A stretch of DNA of 64,000 bases. Origin: Schizosaccharomyces osmophilus. Its lineage: Eukaryota. The notes beneath the pieces were generated by a model. That model was not told where the DNA came from and did no database searches. It was given only the letters and a program-made list of their open reading frames with translations. The DNA lies in contig NC_079238.1 of the NCBI RefSeq assembly GCF_027921745.1, positions 4,836,001 through 4,900,000 on the forward strand. Direction: 5' to 3'. Below are positions 48,266 through 60,011 of the stretch, in pieces (the stretch's first letter is position 1; each line of letters starts with the position of its first letter). Made by a program: the position numbers and the translations under genes.

Positions 48266-48406
48266 ACTTCAAAGTAGCGTCGGATATGTATATGGACGTT
48301 TGATAAGAATATAAAGATGGTATAAGTAATACCTTTATAAATATATGTAGTGGTTTAAGACATTCATTATTTGTAGCTGTCTCTTATAAGCATTCGAAAT
48401 TGCCAT

Positions 48407-48504
48407 GTAAACAAACAAATTTCAAACAAACAAACAAACATCGCATTACCCTATACAAACAAACCCTTAAACTTAATTGAAGTCAAAGATTTATAAACAA
48501 ACAA
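48407..48504. promoter_or_regulatory. FLEX/forkhead element GTAAACAAACAAA (48407-48419) plus CAAA repeats upstream of meu17
   Basis: Exact Mei4 FLEX core and extension about 140 nt upstream of the meu17 ATG, followed by three (CAAA)n runs. Confidence 0.8.
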
Positions 48505-49214
48505 AGAAATCAAAACTAAGTCTAGGAATCTCTCGATTCCCTCGTTCTTTTCAAAGATGTCAATACATTCGCCAATACATATGGCGAATTCATAGTAGGA
48601 TTTTTGGTAAATTAGCAAGCGCACTTTTGGTAATAGGTGCACTCAATTTTTGCTGTACAAAAGCGAAAAACTCAGGTACAGTCTAAGTACCCTTTTCTTT
48701 CCTCCTTGGGAATAACTTGAGAATACATTTGTTACATCGAATATATAGATCATTGTGCGGATGAATTTGATTTATTTGTAAATTTGTGTTTTATTTCTTT
48801 TTCTTTCATTACTTCAATGTCTCTTCTACCTCCTTTTGGTACCTTCTTGTTACGTGGAAATTCTCAGTGTTTGTTTGCATGTCGATATAAACAATTTCTT
48901 GGGCTTGAGGAATATGAAGCAATTTACAATAAAGCCATATTCCGCAGAATGCGTAAATTTTCACATCCACAAGCAATTTCCTACGAAATAAATTCTGCCT
49001 TGCATGTGTTTTTTATTCGCAACTTTTTTATTTTTATTTTTCAAATATTTGTTTCTTTTGTTTACATATTTATTACCGCATTTTGAAGTTCTCCTTAAGT
49101 ATATTTACTGTATTGCTCTTTGATTCTCTATTCCTTTGCTGACTTCATATCCTAAGGACTCAATACTTGCTATCAACACAACAGTTGACTGCTAGTCCTG
49201 TTTGAATTGTAAGA

Positions 49215-50404
49215 ATGTCGAGCTTTCAGCTTCTAACCGTCCTTCCAAAACCTTCCTATGAACATGTCTTTAACAAAGAACGCAATGGTAAATGACAAAG
49301 AGACTCCTTGCCGAAGGAAACTAACATGTATAATCAATAGAATTTGTGACTACAACAGCTACAAATCAAGTAGAGGTATATAAACAACATGGCCTCGATT
49401 GGATTCTCAACAAAGCGTTCAGCGATCACGAAAAGATTGTCACATGTGTTGACTGGTCTCCTGTTACCAACCGTATCGTAACATGCTCGCAAGACCGCAA
49501 TGCGTATGTGTATGAGAAACGTTCTGATGGAAGCTGGAAACAGACTTTAGTCCTACTTCGATTGACACGTGCCGCTACGTTTGTCCGCTGGTCTCCCAAG
49601 GGTGACAAATTTGCCGTGGGCAGCGGTGCCCGGGTCGTTTCAGTGTGCTATTTTGAAGAAGAAAATGACTGGTGGGTCAGTAAGCATTTAAAGCGCCCAT
49701 TGAGAAGCACCATCTTGTCTTTGGATTGGCACCCCAACAACGTTCTGCTTGCTGCTGGTTGTGCCGATCGAAAGACGTATGTATTGTCCGCCTACATTCG
49801 TGATGTCGATGAAAAGCCTGAAGCTAGTGTCTGGGGATCTCGTCTTCCCTTCAACACCGTTTGTGCCGAATATCCTGCTAATGGCTGGATCCATTCTGTC
49901 CAGTTCTCTCCATCAGGAAATGCTTTGGCATACACCAGTCACGATTCTTCCCTTAGTATCGTATACCCAAGTGCTCCAGAGCAACCTCCTCGCGCTTTTG
50001 TTACTCTCAAATTGCCCCAGCTTCCCCTTCATTCTCTTTTATGGGTGAACGAAACCACCATTGTCGCTGCTGGCTATAATTATGCACCTCTGCTTTTCCA
50101 AGGAAACGAATCTGGTTGGTCTTTTATTGGTGACTTGGACCCTGGTGCTTCCAAAACCGCAGCTGCTCAAACCGGAAAGGATGCCGAAAAAGATGAAGAA
50201 GAATCTGGACCCGTTTCTTTCTCTGCCTTGCGTTCTACCTTCCGAAACATGGATTTAAAGGGTTCTAGCGAGTCTGTTTCTTCTTTGCCTACCGTACACC
50301 AAAACATGGTTTCTTCTCTTCGCCCATATTCCGGTGCTCCAGGAAGCATGAAGTCCTTCACCTCTAGCGGCACAGATGGTTGCATCGTTTTGTGGAACGT
50401 TTAA
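49215..50404 (+). CDS. arc1: Arp2/3 complex subunit ARPC1 (Arc1/Sop2); exons 49215-49287, 49341-50404
   Basis: IVTCSQDRNAYV, EENDWWVSKHLK WD repeats; intron 49288-49340 (GTAAAT..CTAAC..TAG). Confidence 0.95.
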
Positions 50405-50789
50405 TTCATTCAGTTATGATTCATGATCTTTTTGCCGATTCACTTTCTTTTTGCAATATCGTACTGATATTCATGTACTTCAATCTTCGAAATTTAAGTA
50501 GTAGATAATTATGAATAAAGCTTGCTTTCGTTACCGTGAATTTGTAAATATAGACTTGTATGTTTTAGCTATCTTTCTTTATTCCTTAATGCTCCGATCA
50601 ATACTTTAAGCGAATTATTTGTTGAATATTAAACTAGAAGTAGTAACAAATCATTAAACGTACAAAAGATATCCGTATCCTATAAATAAATTAATCTATT
50701 AACAAAACCGAAATGTTAAGAATTGGTTTTGCTAATAAAACCCCTATTCACCTTTTTTCCCTAATTATTTCGACTTTATGGTGTAGTAA

Positions 50790-52553
50790 TTAGCGTTTGT
50801 CAAAAAATCTTTTCAAAGTGCCAATGCCTCCGACAGCAGTAATGATGTCCATTTCAGGAACTAATAGGTTCACGAACCGGTCATTCGATCTTGAACTTCT
50901 TTGTTTTGATCTCAAACGAATGATGGAAAGCGCATCTAATGAATTCATAACATCACAAAACTCTGAACTGGTCAATGGATGGATCAACTTGTCTCTTAAA
51001 CATAAAGAACTGTATTTTTCATAGACATCACTGATACTCAAAGACTTGTTACACACGACCAGCGTGCATAAAATAGCTTTTTGTTGAAGACTTAAATCCT
51101 TCAAGCGGGAACTGGCAGATTGACTTAAAGCGGAGGTAGCACGAACAACATGAGCGATACTGGCCCTTGGTAAAACGTCCATTGATATAAATGTATCAAA
51201 ACCACGAGACTTTTGTTCGCGTTCTACTAGTTCAATGGCGTGCCTGCAAATGTCCAATGCTTTTCGCAAGTCACCGCTCGAGGCTGCAACTTTTCGAGCG
51301 CAGAGTTCAATGGCCGATGGATGAATAAATGGAACTTCATCAGAAACCCTGTTATGAGAAGAAGGGAAGCTGTTTTCTTTTTCTTCCTCGAGTGTGTTTG
51401 GGTATGCACTTCCGGTTTTTTGTTGAAGGAAAGCGGAACCTAGTCTTGCCTTTATAATACTAGAAATCTCTTGAGCCGAGTATGGGGTGAACGGAAGCAA
51501 TGTTGGAAGAATGTTTTTGGTTTGCAAACGAGGAAGAAACCGATCTGTCATATCCAGTGCATTTGCAATACCGACTAGGATGAGCCGGGACATGGGAAGA
51601 GAAGGCCATTCAAATAGCGTGTACAGAACCTGCTGTTCACGAGCAATAAGATGGTCCATTTCATCCAAAACTAGAATAACTGGAGGAGCAGATGAGCAAT
51701 GATTTTTGGTAAAATATTCCTTTAATTGAGATTGATATGTAGAATGTGAATCCTCTTCATCAGGAGTGCAAACTTTATCAAAGAGTTGACTGTAAACTCT
51801 TTCAAAAATCATTCTGGGTTCTGTGATGGTCATACAGTTTACGTTACACACTTGAGCATTCTTAAACTTTTTCACAATGCCCTGCAACACTTCACTTACC
51901 AATACAGTTTTACCAGTACCAGGTGCACCACTAATGTAAAGAGCAGCGCCCGTTGGCTCATCAGCTAAGTTTTGATTAAAAAAGGATTCCAAAAAATGCT
52001 TTTCCTTTTCGCGCCCTACGACGCCGGTGGAACGATGGGATTTACGCAGGCACGTCTTGACTGGATTGTAGGCTGAAGGAGTAGAAGGTGTTGAAGGAGT
52101 TGGAGGAACAATTTGTCTATGAGGAGTAGCTTGCAAAAGACGACTAGCAAATGGGGTTGACTTATTCATGCGATTTAAGGATCTAGGAGTCACGAGCTGA
52201 ATCGTATGTCTTGGTGTGCGAGGGGTTCGAGGTGTCTTTGGTGTAGAAGGAAGCTCTAGATAGTCTGGGGGTGTATTTTCTTTACACCCTGTTTCATTGC
52301 TTTTATCAATTCCTTCTTCATTCCGACTTGTACTCAAATCGCATTTTACTTTTTTGGGTGGTGTCAAATTCTCCAAGAACGGTTCATGAATCCTTTTTCT
52401 ACGGGGGGTAGAGGGAACTTCTACAGCAAAAGATGTGTTTTGAGTTTCATTTGTGCAATCACCCAAGGCCTGCTTTGATTGAATTCGATTGCTTCGGCGA
52501 CTTGGTGACAAACATCTTTCTGGGAGTTCGCTAAGACCGGTTTGTGAATTCAT
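50790..52553 (-). CDS. cdc18: Replication licensing AAA+ ATPase Cdc18 (Cdc6)
   Basis: TP-rich CDK-site N-terminus, YISGAPGTGKT, LVLDEMD, GIANALD, GDLRKALD. Confidence 0.96.
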   Translation of the reverse strand: MNSQTGLSELPERCLSPSRRSNRIQSKQALGDCTNETQNTSFAVEVPSTPRRKRIHEPFLENLTPPKKVKCDLSTSRNEEGIDKSNETGCKENTPPDYLELPSTPKTPRTPRTPRHTIQLVTPRSLNRMNKSTPFASRLLQATPHRQIVPPTPSTPSTPSAYNPVKTCLRKSHRSTGVVGREKEKHFLESFFNQNLADEPTGAALYISGAPGTGKTVLVSEVLQGIVKKFKNAQVCNVNCMTITEPRMIFERVYSQLFDKVCTPDEEDSHSTYQSQLKEYFTKNHCSSAPPVILVLDEMDHLIAREQQVLYTLFEWPSLPMSRLILVGIANALDMTDRFLPRLQTKNILPTLLPFTPYSAQEISSIIKARLGSAFLQQKTGSAYPNTLEEEKENSFPSSHNRVSDEVPFIHPSAIELCARKVAASSGDLRKALDICRHAIELVEREQKSRGFDTFISMDVLPRASIAHVVRATSALSQSASSRLKDLSLQQKAILCTLVVCNKSLSISDVYEKYSSLCLRDKLIHPLTSSEFCDVMNSLDALSIIRLRSKQRSSRSNDRFVNLLVPEMDIITAVGGIGTLKRFFDKR

Positions 52554-52664
52554 GTCTTTGAATAACTCTCCAACAATCCTGGGAATCCTATGGTGACGAT
52601 CTTTGTTTTCAAGAGGAGGTTTATTTATCCAGAAGGACGTGTATTTTTAATATAAGAGAATACG

Positions 52665-52778
52665 ACGCGTCGCGCTTTATCAATTTTCATTGTTTCGTGT
52701 TTCGTGTCGCGTCTTCATGTAAAATGAGCAACGCGAGACGCGACGTGACATGGTGACGTGGTGAGGGTAGCGCGCGTC
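52665..52778. promoter_or_regulatory. MCB cluster in the cdc18 promoter
   Basis: ACGCGT at 52665 plus several CGCG cores (TCGCGT, two ACGCGA, GCGCGCGT) in about 115 nt; cdc18 is a classic MBF target. Confidence 0.88.
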
Positions 52779-53113
52779 AAACTAGTTTTCGATGGTTTAT
52801 TTACATACGAACTACAATCTATTTATAAAAACAAAATGAAAAAGAGTTTATTTCTTTTTTTAATTCAGCATGTTCTATAATGGCAAGTACTACTTAAGTC
52901 TGAAATTTTTAAACCGAAACCCCAAAACCAAAAGCATATCGCTTAGTGAAGGCCATTAAACCATATTAAAGAAAAACCATCGTCCGTATAAACATGGATC
53001 ATACGTATTGACCTTGAATCTCAAGATAAGTTCATCCATCCATCTTGAAATGAAGCACGAAACACATCGTTCGTAAAGCGGTGGGCAATTAAATCCAAAA
53101 TCATCGACTGATT

Positions 53114-53742
53114 TTACATTCCTAAACCCTTTCTGTTTCCTTTTTGATGAATACCAGACATGTATTGCTGCTCCAACTGACGCTCACGCTCGTGTTCGAA
53201 ACCACCCTTCTTGTCTTTCGAAGCAGGGTCTTCTCCACCTCCATTAATTCCGAGCATTTTAAGAAACTTGGATTTTCTTTGGTTACCCCCAGACAGTTGT
53301 GATCCCAACCAGTAGTCCCTATTTCCATCATCAGGCTTTTCCTTTCGGCCATCAGCTGCTGCTACATTCTTAGAATTCCTCTCTGTTTCAGCAGATTCTA
53401 TTCGAATATGTCAACATAAGGATCCCTAATTAAACTTACCGGTCGATTTTTGCTCTGTTTTCTTGCTAGCGTTATCCTCCAGCTTCTTTTTCACTCTAAT
53501 AGTGTCAGCACTGAGAACTATGGAAATAATTTTCATACTTGAGCTTCTTTACTTTGTGCTTAAGCCTTTTATATTGTTTCAATTCATCCTTGCCTAATGA
53601 TTTCGGTTAGTCAAAATTTCGTCTAAAACGGGAACATACTCAAAGTTTTTTTTTCTTCAGACTTTAACTTCCGAAAATCAGAAACACTAGAGCCCCAGAT
53701 TGGGACCTTTTTTTCTTTTTTTGAGACTTTTGAAGATGCCAT
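53114..53742 (-). CDS. tam10: Small Lys-rich nucleolar protein with SMAP-like C-terminus (165 aa); exons 53742-53640, 53593-53539, 53495-53440, 53397-53114
   Basis: Introns 53594-53639, 53496-53538, 53398-53439 with GTATG/GTAAGT donors and TAG acceptors give one frame from MASSKVSKKE to RKSKFLKMLG...RKGLGM; name assigned from synteny. Confidence 0.8.
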
Positions 53743-53936
53743 GGTTTGAGATGGTACTAGGTAGGTATTTCATACAGAAAATAAAACGTCGTAAGACAGA
53801 AAATAGCAAACATAAAAAGGAAAAAGTGAAAGAATTTATGTAAAAAAAGCTACTTTGATCAAGTGTTGCTAATTTTTTACAGAATTGAACTCCTCCATGA
53901 AGCTCAACTAACGTCAAATCCGAGAGAGATACCAAA

Positions 53937-54815
53937 CTAACTGTCAGTATTCGGTTTCTCTTGAATAGGTTCCTGAACTTCAGAAATCTCGGATGGTACT
54001 GTAGCACCTTCTGGCTGTTTTGTGGAATAATTGACATTGCCCAATTTCTCCTTGGGTATAGTAACCTCGTGTTCTTTGGAGGTTTCAGAAGTTTTTTCTC
54101 CTTCTTCAGCTTCTTTGTTTTTCTGCAATTGAGACCGAAGTACACTGATCATACTGTTTCGACTTTGTAGCAACATCTCCAAAGTGCTCAACGGTTTTGA
54201 GTAGTAATCAACCTCTTGCAAAGCAGGAAATCCAAGAGTCTTGCGTAGAAGATTAACAGTTCGATCCTTGGCAGTTACCTGACGAACCTTCTGGTCCAAA
54301 GGATTTAGAGATCGAGGTTGACGCTGCTGCTGCTGAACCATGGTAGCATGCGCCCATGCCTCTTTCTGTTTCTTTTCTTCCAAATTTTTTTTGTATTTTT
54401 GAATGGCACCTTTTGCCGTGTCCACAATGTGTTGGAATCGAACGGGGCCTAGTAATTGACCTCCGTACCATCGAACACATACTACGATTCCATAAACGGA
54501 TTCTTTTATGAGTGTGTTTAGAAGTTTCTGGCCAGAGTATTCTTCTCCATCATCGTTGAATGCTTCTACTTCACCTGGAAACCTCCAAGCTTGCATTTTA
54601 TGATTGGAATGCTTCAACTCGGTGCATTCCTGAAACATAAACCGATAGGAGGGGAGAAGTTTCGGATCTTCAGAAGGTATAAAATAACTTAAAAAGGTAG
54701 ACTCTCTGTCCGTAATCAAATTTGACATGAATGAGCATTCTTGCAACGACTGATTGGGAACAGTTAAAGCCAGTCCTTGACCTCCAAATTTCAGTTGTGC
54801 TTGACGTTGGGCCAT
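53937..54815 (-). CDS. dbl3: IMPACT/UPF0029 (YigZ-like) domain protein
   Basis: DRESTF, HKMQAWR, NDDGEEYSGQKL, VRWYGGQLLGPVRF motifs; symbol from recalled synteny. Confidence 0.85.
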   Translation of the reverse strand: MAQRQAQLKFGGQGLALTVPNQSLQECSFMSNLITDRESTFLSYFIPSEDPKLLPSYRFMFQECTELKHSNHKMQAWRFPGEVEAFNDDGEEYSGQKLLNTLIKESVYGIVVCVRWYGGQLLGPVRFQHIVDTAKGAIQKYKKNLEEKKQKEAWAHATMVQQQQRQPRSLNPLDQKVRQVTAKDRTVNLLRKTLGFPALQEVDYYSKPLSTLEMLLQSRNSMISVLRSQLQKNKEAEEGEKTSETSKEHEVTIPKEKLGNVNYSTKQPEGATVPSEISEVQEPIQEKPNTDS

Positions 54816-55366
54816 TTCATTTCATCCAAATCAATAAAAGCAGAGTACAAGGCAATTGAATGCCGGTTGTGACGCTTCTGCTCGCAATGGAGGAAAGCTA
54901 GGAACAATTAGCGATCGATTTCCCATTTTTGAACAACGGAAATTCATTCTTTTCAATTTGTCATTTTCCGAAGAAGAAAACTTATTTGTTTCCTGAGAAA
55001 CCGCTATATTTGAAAGACCCCTCAAATACTCTTTGAGTGCATACTTTAAGAGGATACTCCTTTTCTATTCAGTTGATACAGAAGTCCGAATAAACTATAT
55101 TTGGATTTAGCACTACACATAATACTAAAACGATTTACAGTCTAAACTCTACTATAGCAAACACTTCAGGGTCAGAGTTAGTGGATCAATTCCCAAAAGC
55201 CTGAACCCGCTGGACGAGTTTTCTTTTATTAAAAACGAGTGTATCTATAATTCTTTCTGGATTATATCATCATAAACATAATTTTTGACCACGCGTCTTT
55301 CTTTCTCTAGTTTCGGTGACTGTACCAACGAACTTGATCTCTACAGAAAACGACCAATTCCCTAAA

Positions 55367-55894
55367 ATGGCTCTGAGAGGCTTAAAGAAACTAGCATACC
55401 CCCTGCTCCCAGTGAGAGGAAATATTTTAGATCCTCTAGGAAAATTTCAGCAGAATTTATACGGTGGTTCGAAAGTTGAAGTTGGACATAACAAGATCCC
55501 AAAATTCGGTCATAAGACAAAGCGAACATGGACTCCCAATGCTCACTTCAAATGGCTTTACTCTGAAACTCTCCAAGAAAGATTTCATTTACTAGTCACC
55601 ACTAAGGTATTGCGTACAATTGACAAAGAGGGAGGATTTGACCAATACTTGATTAAATCGACGCCCGGAAGACTAAAGACGCTTGGTATGCGAGGTACTG
55701 AGTTAAGGGCTCTTGTGATGCATAAAAAGGGCGTCCAAAACCCTGTGATTGAAGAACTTCCTAAGGACGAGGAAGCTCAACGTCGCTACTTGGCGAAAGT
55801 ACGCGAAGTTGTTTTGAAATTGAACCGAAGCAAAAAGCTTTATCATCGAATTAAGAGTCTTGTTGGTCAAGAAAAATCTGGATCTGTTGCTTAA
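55367..55894 (+). CDS. mrpl24: Mitochondrial ribosomal protein bL28m
   Basis: LYGG...GHKTKRTWTPN...TTKVLRTIDKEGGFDQYL L28 signature; ATG 55367. Confidence 0.92.
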   Translation: MALRGLKKLAYPLLPVRGNILDPLGKFQQNLYGGSKVEVGHNKIPKFGHKTKRTWTPNAHFKWLYSETLQERFHLLVTTKVLRTIDKEGGFDQYLIKSTPGRLKTLGMRGTELRALVMHKKGVQNPVIEELPKDEEAQRRYLAKVREVVLKLNRSKKLYHRIKSLVGQEKSGSVA

Positions 55895-56791
55895 TTTTAC
55901 GATAAACGCCGGCGGTTCTTCAAAAAATCCTTTACGTCCTATCATTACAATTTTAATTTCCTGTAACTTACAGAAGTATGCATTAAAAGGATTGCTTTAA
56001 CTTTTTGTTCATTACCTTTCGTTCTCTTATTCAAGGATGGGCGTTATCTCAAAAATTCTTGAAATCTATACCTTCCTCTCTCCTTCCTTTTCCCCATTAT
56101 GCTTGGAAGCTGTTTTCCTTTCTCGTCGTCTTGCCAATACACAGCTCAATCTGCGACAAGCTTTCCAGGCATGCTGCGGCTGTGAAAAGATTGCTCCATT
56201 CTCAAATAATAGTGATTATAGACTCCCATTTCTGGTTATGTCTAAAGACATTATTGCTTGAGTTTTCTTTCCGCTCAGGTAGATACACTCTGCAAGTGGC
56301 TACGTGTACTGTACTAAACGAAATTTAATATTCATCTATAATTCACCCGTTCCAAAGACAAGCTGCACCTTTCATTTCCATTTGTCGATTTCTATTCTAC
56401 TTACACCTGTTTACCAAGGTTTAACAAAATAGACCGTATATGGTAGAATACGCAAAATAAATGTACCAAGTTTGTTTGTAGTGCATTAAAATGTATAATG
56501 CGTTTTTAGAGACTCACCTAAATATATAACGCAATCTAAAAAGTATCAATAATTATGATACCGCACTTTAGGGCATTTCGATATTTGAGAAAACTGAAAC
56601 TTTCCTGTATGGGAGCAGATACCGTCTTTGAATTCTCTACCTGTCTTTACCAAGAAGCGTAGGTCAGCAAATTGACATTTAGAGCCATCTTCCAAGCTTG
56701 ATTTTCTTTTCAGCTTGTTCGCAGTATCAAAATCATTTAAGGATCCTTTTTTTGGGGTGAAAACGACAGAGTTCGCATCGAAATAGCAAAA

Positions 56792-57260
56792 ATGTCAGAA
56801 TCTATTCTTTTAGATGAGATTTTCACTGTAACATCTGTTGATGACCAAAAATATCAAAGAGGTAATTCTTAGCGTCTCGAATTGCAATGTCTAATAGCTT
56901 TATAGTTTCTCGGATTACTGGTACATCTGCGCAAAATGATATGGGTCTCACTCTCGATATAAACTCGCAGCTATACCCATTGGAACAAGATGCTACATTC
57001 AGTTTGCAGTTAGCTAGCAATTTGAATAGTCAAGAATTGAAAGATGCCGCAGACTATATTATGTACGGCAAGGTCTACCGGGTTGAGGAAGGAAACGATG
57101 ATAAAATGTAAGTGGAGGTTCTGCCCGTACTATTAATTGATATTAACGATTTAGCTCTGTGTTTATCAGCTTTGGTGGCCTTCTCATGTCTATTGAAGGT
57201 TCTCATCGTAAACTATACCGTTTATCGCTAGAGCATGTTTATTTGCTTCTGAGAAGGTAG
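56792..57260 (+). CDS. rpb8: RNA polymerase I/II/III common subunit Rpb8; exons 56792-56861, 56906-57107, 57155-57260
   Basis: LLDEIFTV, LTLDINSQLYP, DYIMYGKVY, SFGGLLM motifs across introns 56862-56905 and 57108-57154. Confidence 0.95.
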
Positions 57261-57635
57261 AGTGGAAATGGTTTGTCTAATCTTGTCAAAAAATATATAA
57301 TTTTGGATGGTGTTTATATTTTATGCCTCAAACCTGTATATGACCATGGAATGCTGGACTTTATAAATCAAACTTTATCCGTTAAACCCTTCGATATCTG
57401 TGAGAAGCTAGAAATGATTACACTTTTTTTTATTCTTTACTACTTTTCTGCCTTGTTTAATAGGCAAACAGAAAACAGATGATTTTTGAAAGTATTTACC
57501 ACCAACTCTACATTTAAAGGTTGGAATTGAAGCCTTTTCTACGAGTCAGTTTGGATGTGGAGGAGGCATGAAATAGGTGAAATTGCTTGCTTAAAACATG
57601 TATTCACTAAAATCTATCATAAAGCTATCTAATCA

Positions 57636-58847
57636 TTAAAAAGGAATGACTTTTCCGTGTTTTAAAGTATCAAACGTTTCTTTGAATCCTTGAAATGTAT
57701 CATAGTATCCATGATAGCCCAATTCACGAGCCTTGGTCATGGATGAAATCACATTATAAGTTCTGCCTACCAAAAAGTCGCAGAAGGCCCATGTGCCGGT
57801 GTCTAAAAGTTTAGGGTCCAAATGTTCGCGTTCAGCAATCTGTTTCCAAGCCTTCTTTACTTTATCTTGCTGGACCCACTTGGGAAGAGAAATATGGTTG
57901 ATTAGTTCACTATTTGGGACATCCTTAATGCCCATTTCCTCTTGGTATAACTTAATAGGTGGAGGTGTGGGTAAGGTCATCTTGTTGCTCAAAGAAGACC
58001 AGTTATCAAATTGGTTTTTAGGGACTTTTACACCAAAGTAGTCAGCGATCTTTGGCCAGGTTCTTGACCAGCTGTGAACGTCACCGTTTACGATGTTGAA
58101 ACGTTCATTGCTAGTTTCTGGTTTCTGAGCAGCCCATACTTGAAAGTCGGCGATTAAACGTGAGTAGGAAATATCGTCAAAGCCTTTATAGAATTTTTCA
58201 TTTCCCGGGAAGTAGAATGGTTCATCTAACTCTTTACAAACAAGAGCATACAGTGCAATTGTGAATGCATGATTCATGTAACTTCCTTGAGAAGCACCAC
58301 AGATATCATTGGGCATAGCAATCACATAGTCCCAAGGCTTATTAGCACTTATTTCTTTGAGGATATCTTCTTGAACGTAATAGAAATTGGGGGAACCTGC
58401 AAAGCTCTCAGGTACACGGCGATCTGATTCCTCCATGGGAAGTCTTACTTCACCGAATTGGAGTCCGTAGTACTTTAGACCAGTTGTTAAAACAACTCTT
58501 TTTAGAGTCTTACTATTGCTTTTTTCAAGTCCTAGCACAAAGTTCTTCAACATTGCACCATTGGTCTTGCACATTACACTTTCCTCTGATTCCTCTTTGT
58601 AGGCAGCATGGAAGGCATATGTAATGTTTGTAACTCCCTCTTTTTGGAGGGTCTCTGCAATCTGTTCAGGGTTGGAATTGATCAAGTCGATTGAATAGTG
58701 CTTAACTTTGCTAGGGAATTTTTCTTTTAGTCTACGAGAGACAGTGTGAATCTTGGAACACTTAGGTTCTTCTAACAGTCGATTGATAATGGCAACACCA
58801 TTAATGCCAGTTGCACCTGTCACAATTGCTTCAAACGATCCTGTCAT
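57636..58847 (-). CDS. Extended SDR of the PRISE family (progesterone 5-beta-reductase/iridoid synthase-like)
   Basis: VTGATGING Rossmann motif, VSRR, TGLKYY, NFYYVQED, FNIVNGD, TKARELG: the PRISE motif set; intronless 403 aa. Confidence 0.88.
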   Translation of the reverse strand: MTGSFEAIVTGATGINGVAIINRLLEEPKCSKIHTVSRRLKEKFPSKVKHYSIDLINSNPEQIAETLQKEGVTNITYAFHAAYKEESEESVMCKTNGAMLKNFVLGLEKSNSKTLKRVVLTTGLKYYGLQFGEVRLPMEESDRRVPESFAGSPNFYYVQEDILKEISANKPWDYVIAMPNDICGASQGSYMNHAFTIALYALVCKELDEPFYFPGNEKFYKGFDDISYSRLIADFQVWAAQKPETSNERFNIVNGDVHSWSRTWPKIADYFGVKVPKNQFDNWSSLSNKMTLPTPPPIKLYQEEMGIKDVPNSELINHISLPKWVQQDKVKKAWKQIAEREHLDPKLLDTGTWAFCDFLVGRTYNVISSMTKARELGYHGYYDTFQGFKETFDTLKHGKVIPF

Positions 58848-60011
58848 GTTTTTTTTTTCTTAGCTTGCCATGTCTAACGACAGTATGGAAGGTATTTATA
58901 CGTTTCTTGAAGCCTTTGCGTAAAGTTTCTATTGACGTCCATACTTGTCTAGAATTTGAATTGCGAGATACACTGCTCTATAGCCACTTGCTGATGAGCA
59001 TTCTACGGAAAGCCAAAAGTTACAGGTGTTTACGCAAGCTTTACATCAAATGACTATTCTTTCCTGAAGAAAAAATAGAAAACAAAAGTTGAGAACAAAA
59101 CAGAGTACTGTTTCAAAGAACTAGATGTTGTTTTGACTTGCAACGAAACATCATGATTGTCTCAAGTCATGAAAACTAGGAAAATATCGATTTACTCTAC
59201 AAAAGTCATGTTTACTGGTGATTAGAGTAAAGGAGAGTCAGAAACAACGAAAGCTTCTTCAAAAAACCATTTGCAAAAACCAAGCATGTAACGAATGCCA
59301 GAGAAAGCTTTGCATTTTGTCAATTGACTAGCCTTTTAACGAAAATTACGTAACAGTAAACAAACCAGAAGGAACGTTCAGGTAACGGCAGCTCACAAAT
59401 ATCAAACAAAGAAAAACTTGATCAGGTTAATAGAATAAAACATAAATAATCACGAATTAGTTCGTTTTATTAGTTTGGAAGAATTGTGTATCCATCTTGA
59501 ATAGCCTTTGGAAAAGGACTTCAGAATTTGCTTCTAAAGGTTTGAATATTTCGTCAGAATCGGATATTTTTAACAAGAATCGCAAACATGCTTTATAAAG
59601 TCTCGGCTCAAGGTTAGAAAGTTAATAGCCTGTTTTAATTCTGTCAATTCTTTTGTCTTTTTTACTCATTACTTTGGTAGAAGCGTCTATTCCCATTACA
59701 GAATTTTACATATATTCATAAACATTGAAATCACTGAGTGTTTAGCGTGCACGTTGGATTACACAAAGTTTGTTAACAGACACCGTGAATGACATTAAAC
59801 AGTAAACACTGAAAAATTCTTACTTACCACACAACGTAAACAAACGCGAAAGTTGAGGTTTTGAAGTTTGTTTAGCGATTCTAGGCTTCTTTACATCTAT
59901 GGGAATTTTCCAAAAGAAAATAGTAATAAAGAAAAGGCCCACGAAAGCAGAAACAGCCCGTTAATTTCAATAAGCCGTCATCGAGTCGTGTCGCGTGCAT
60001 AGTAGCTTCAT

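Noticed and set aside
56005..56328. 107-aa and 74-aa ORFs between mrpl24 and rpb8
   Set aside because: No motif, no splice model and no coding-like composition.
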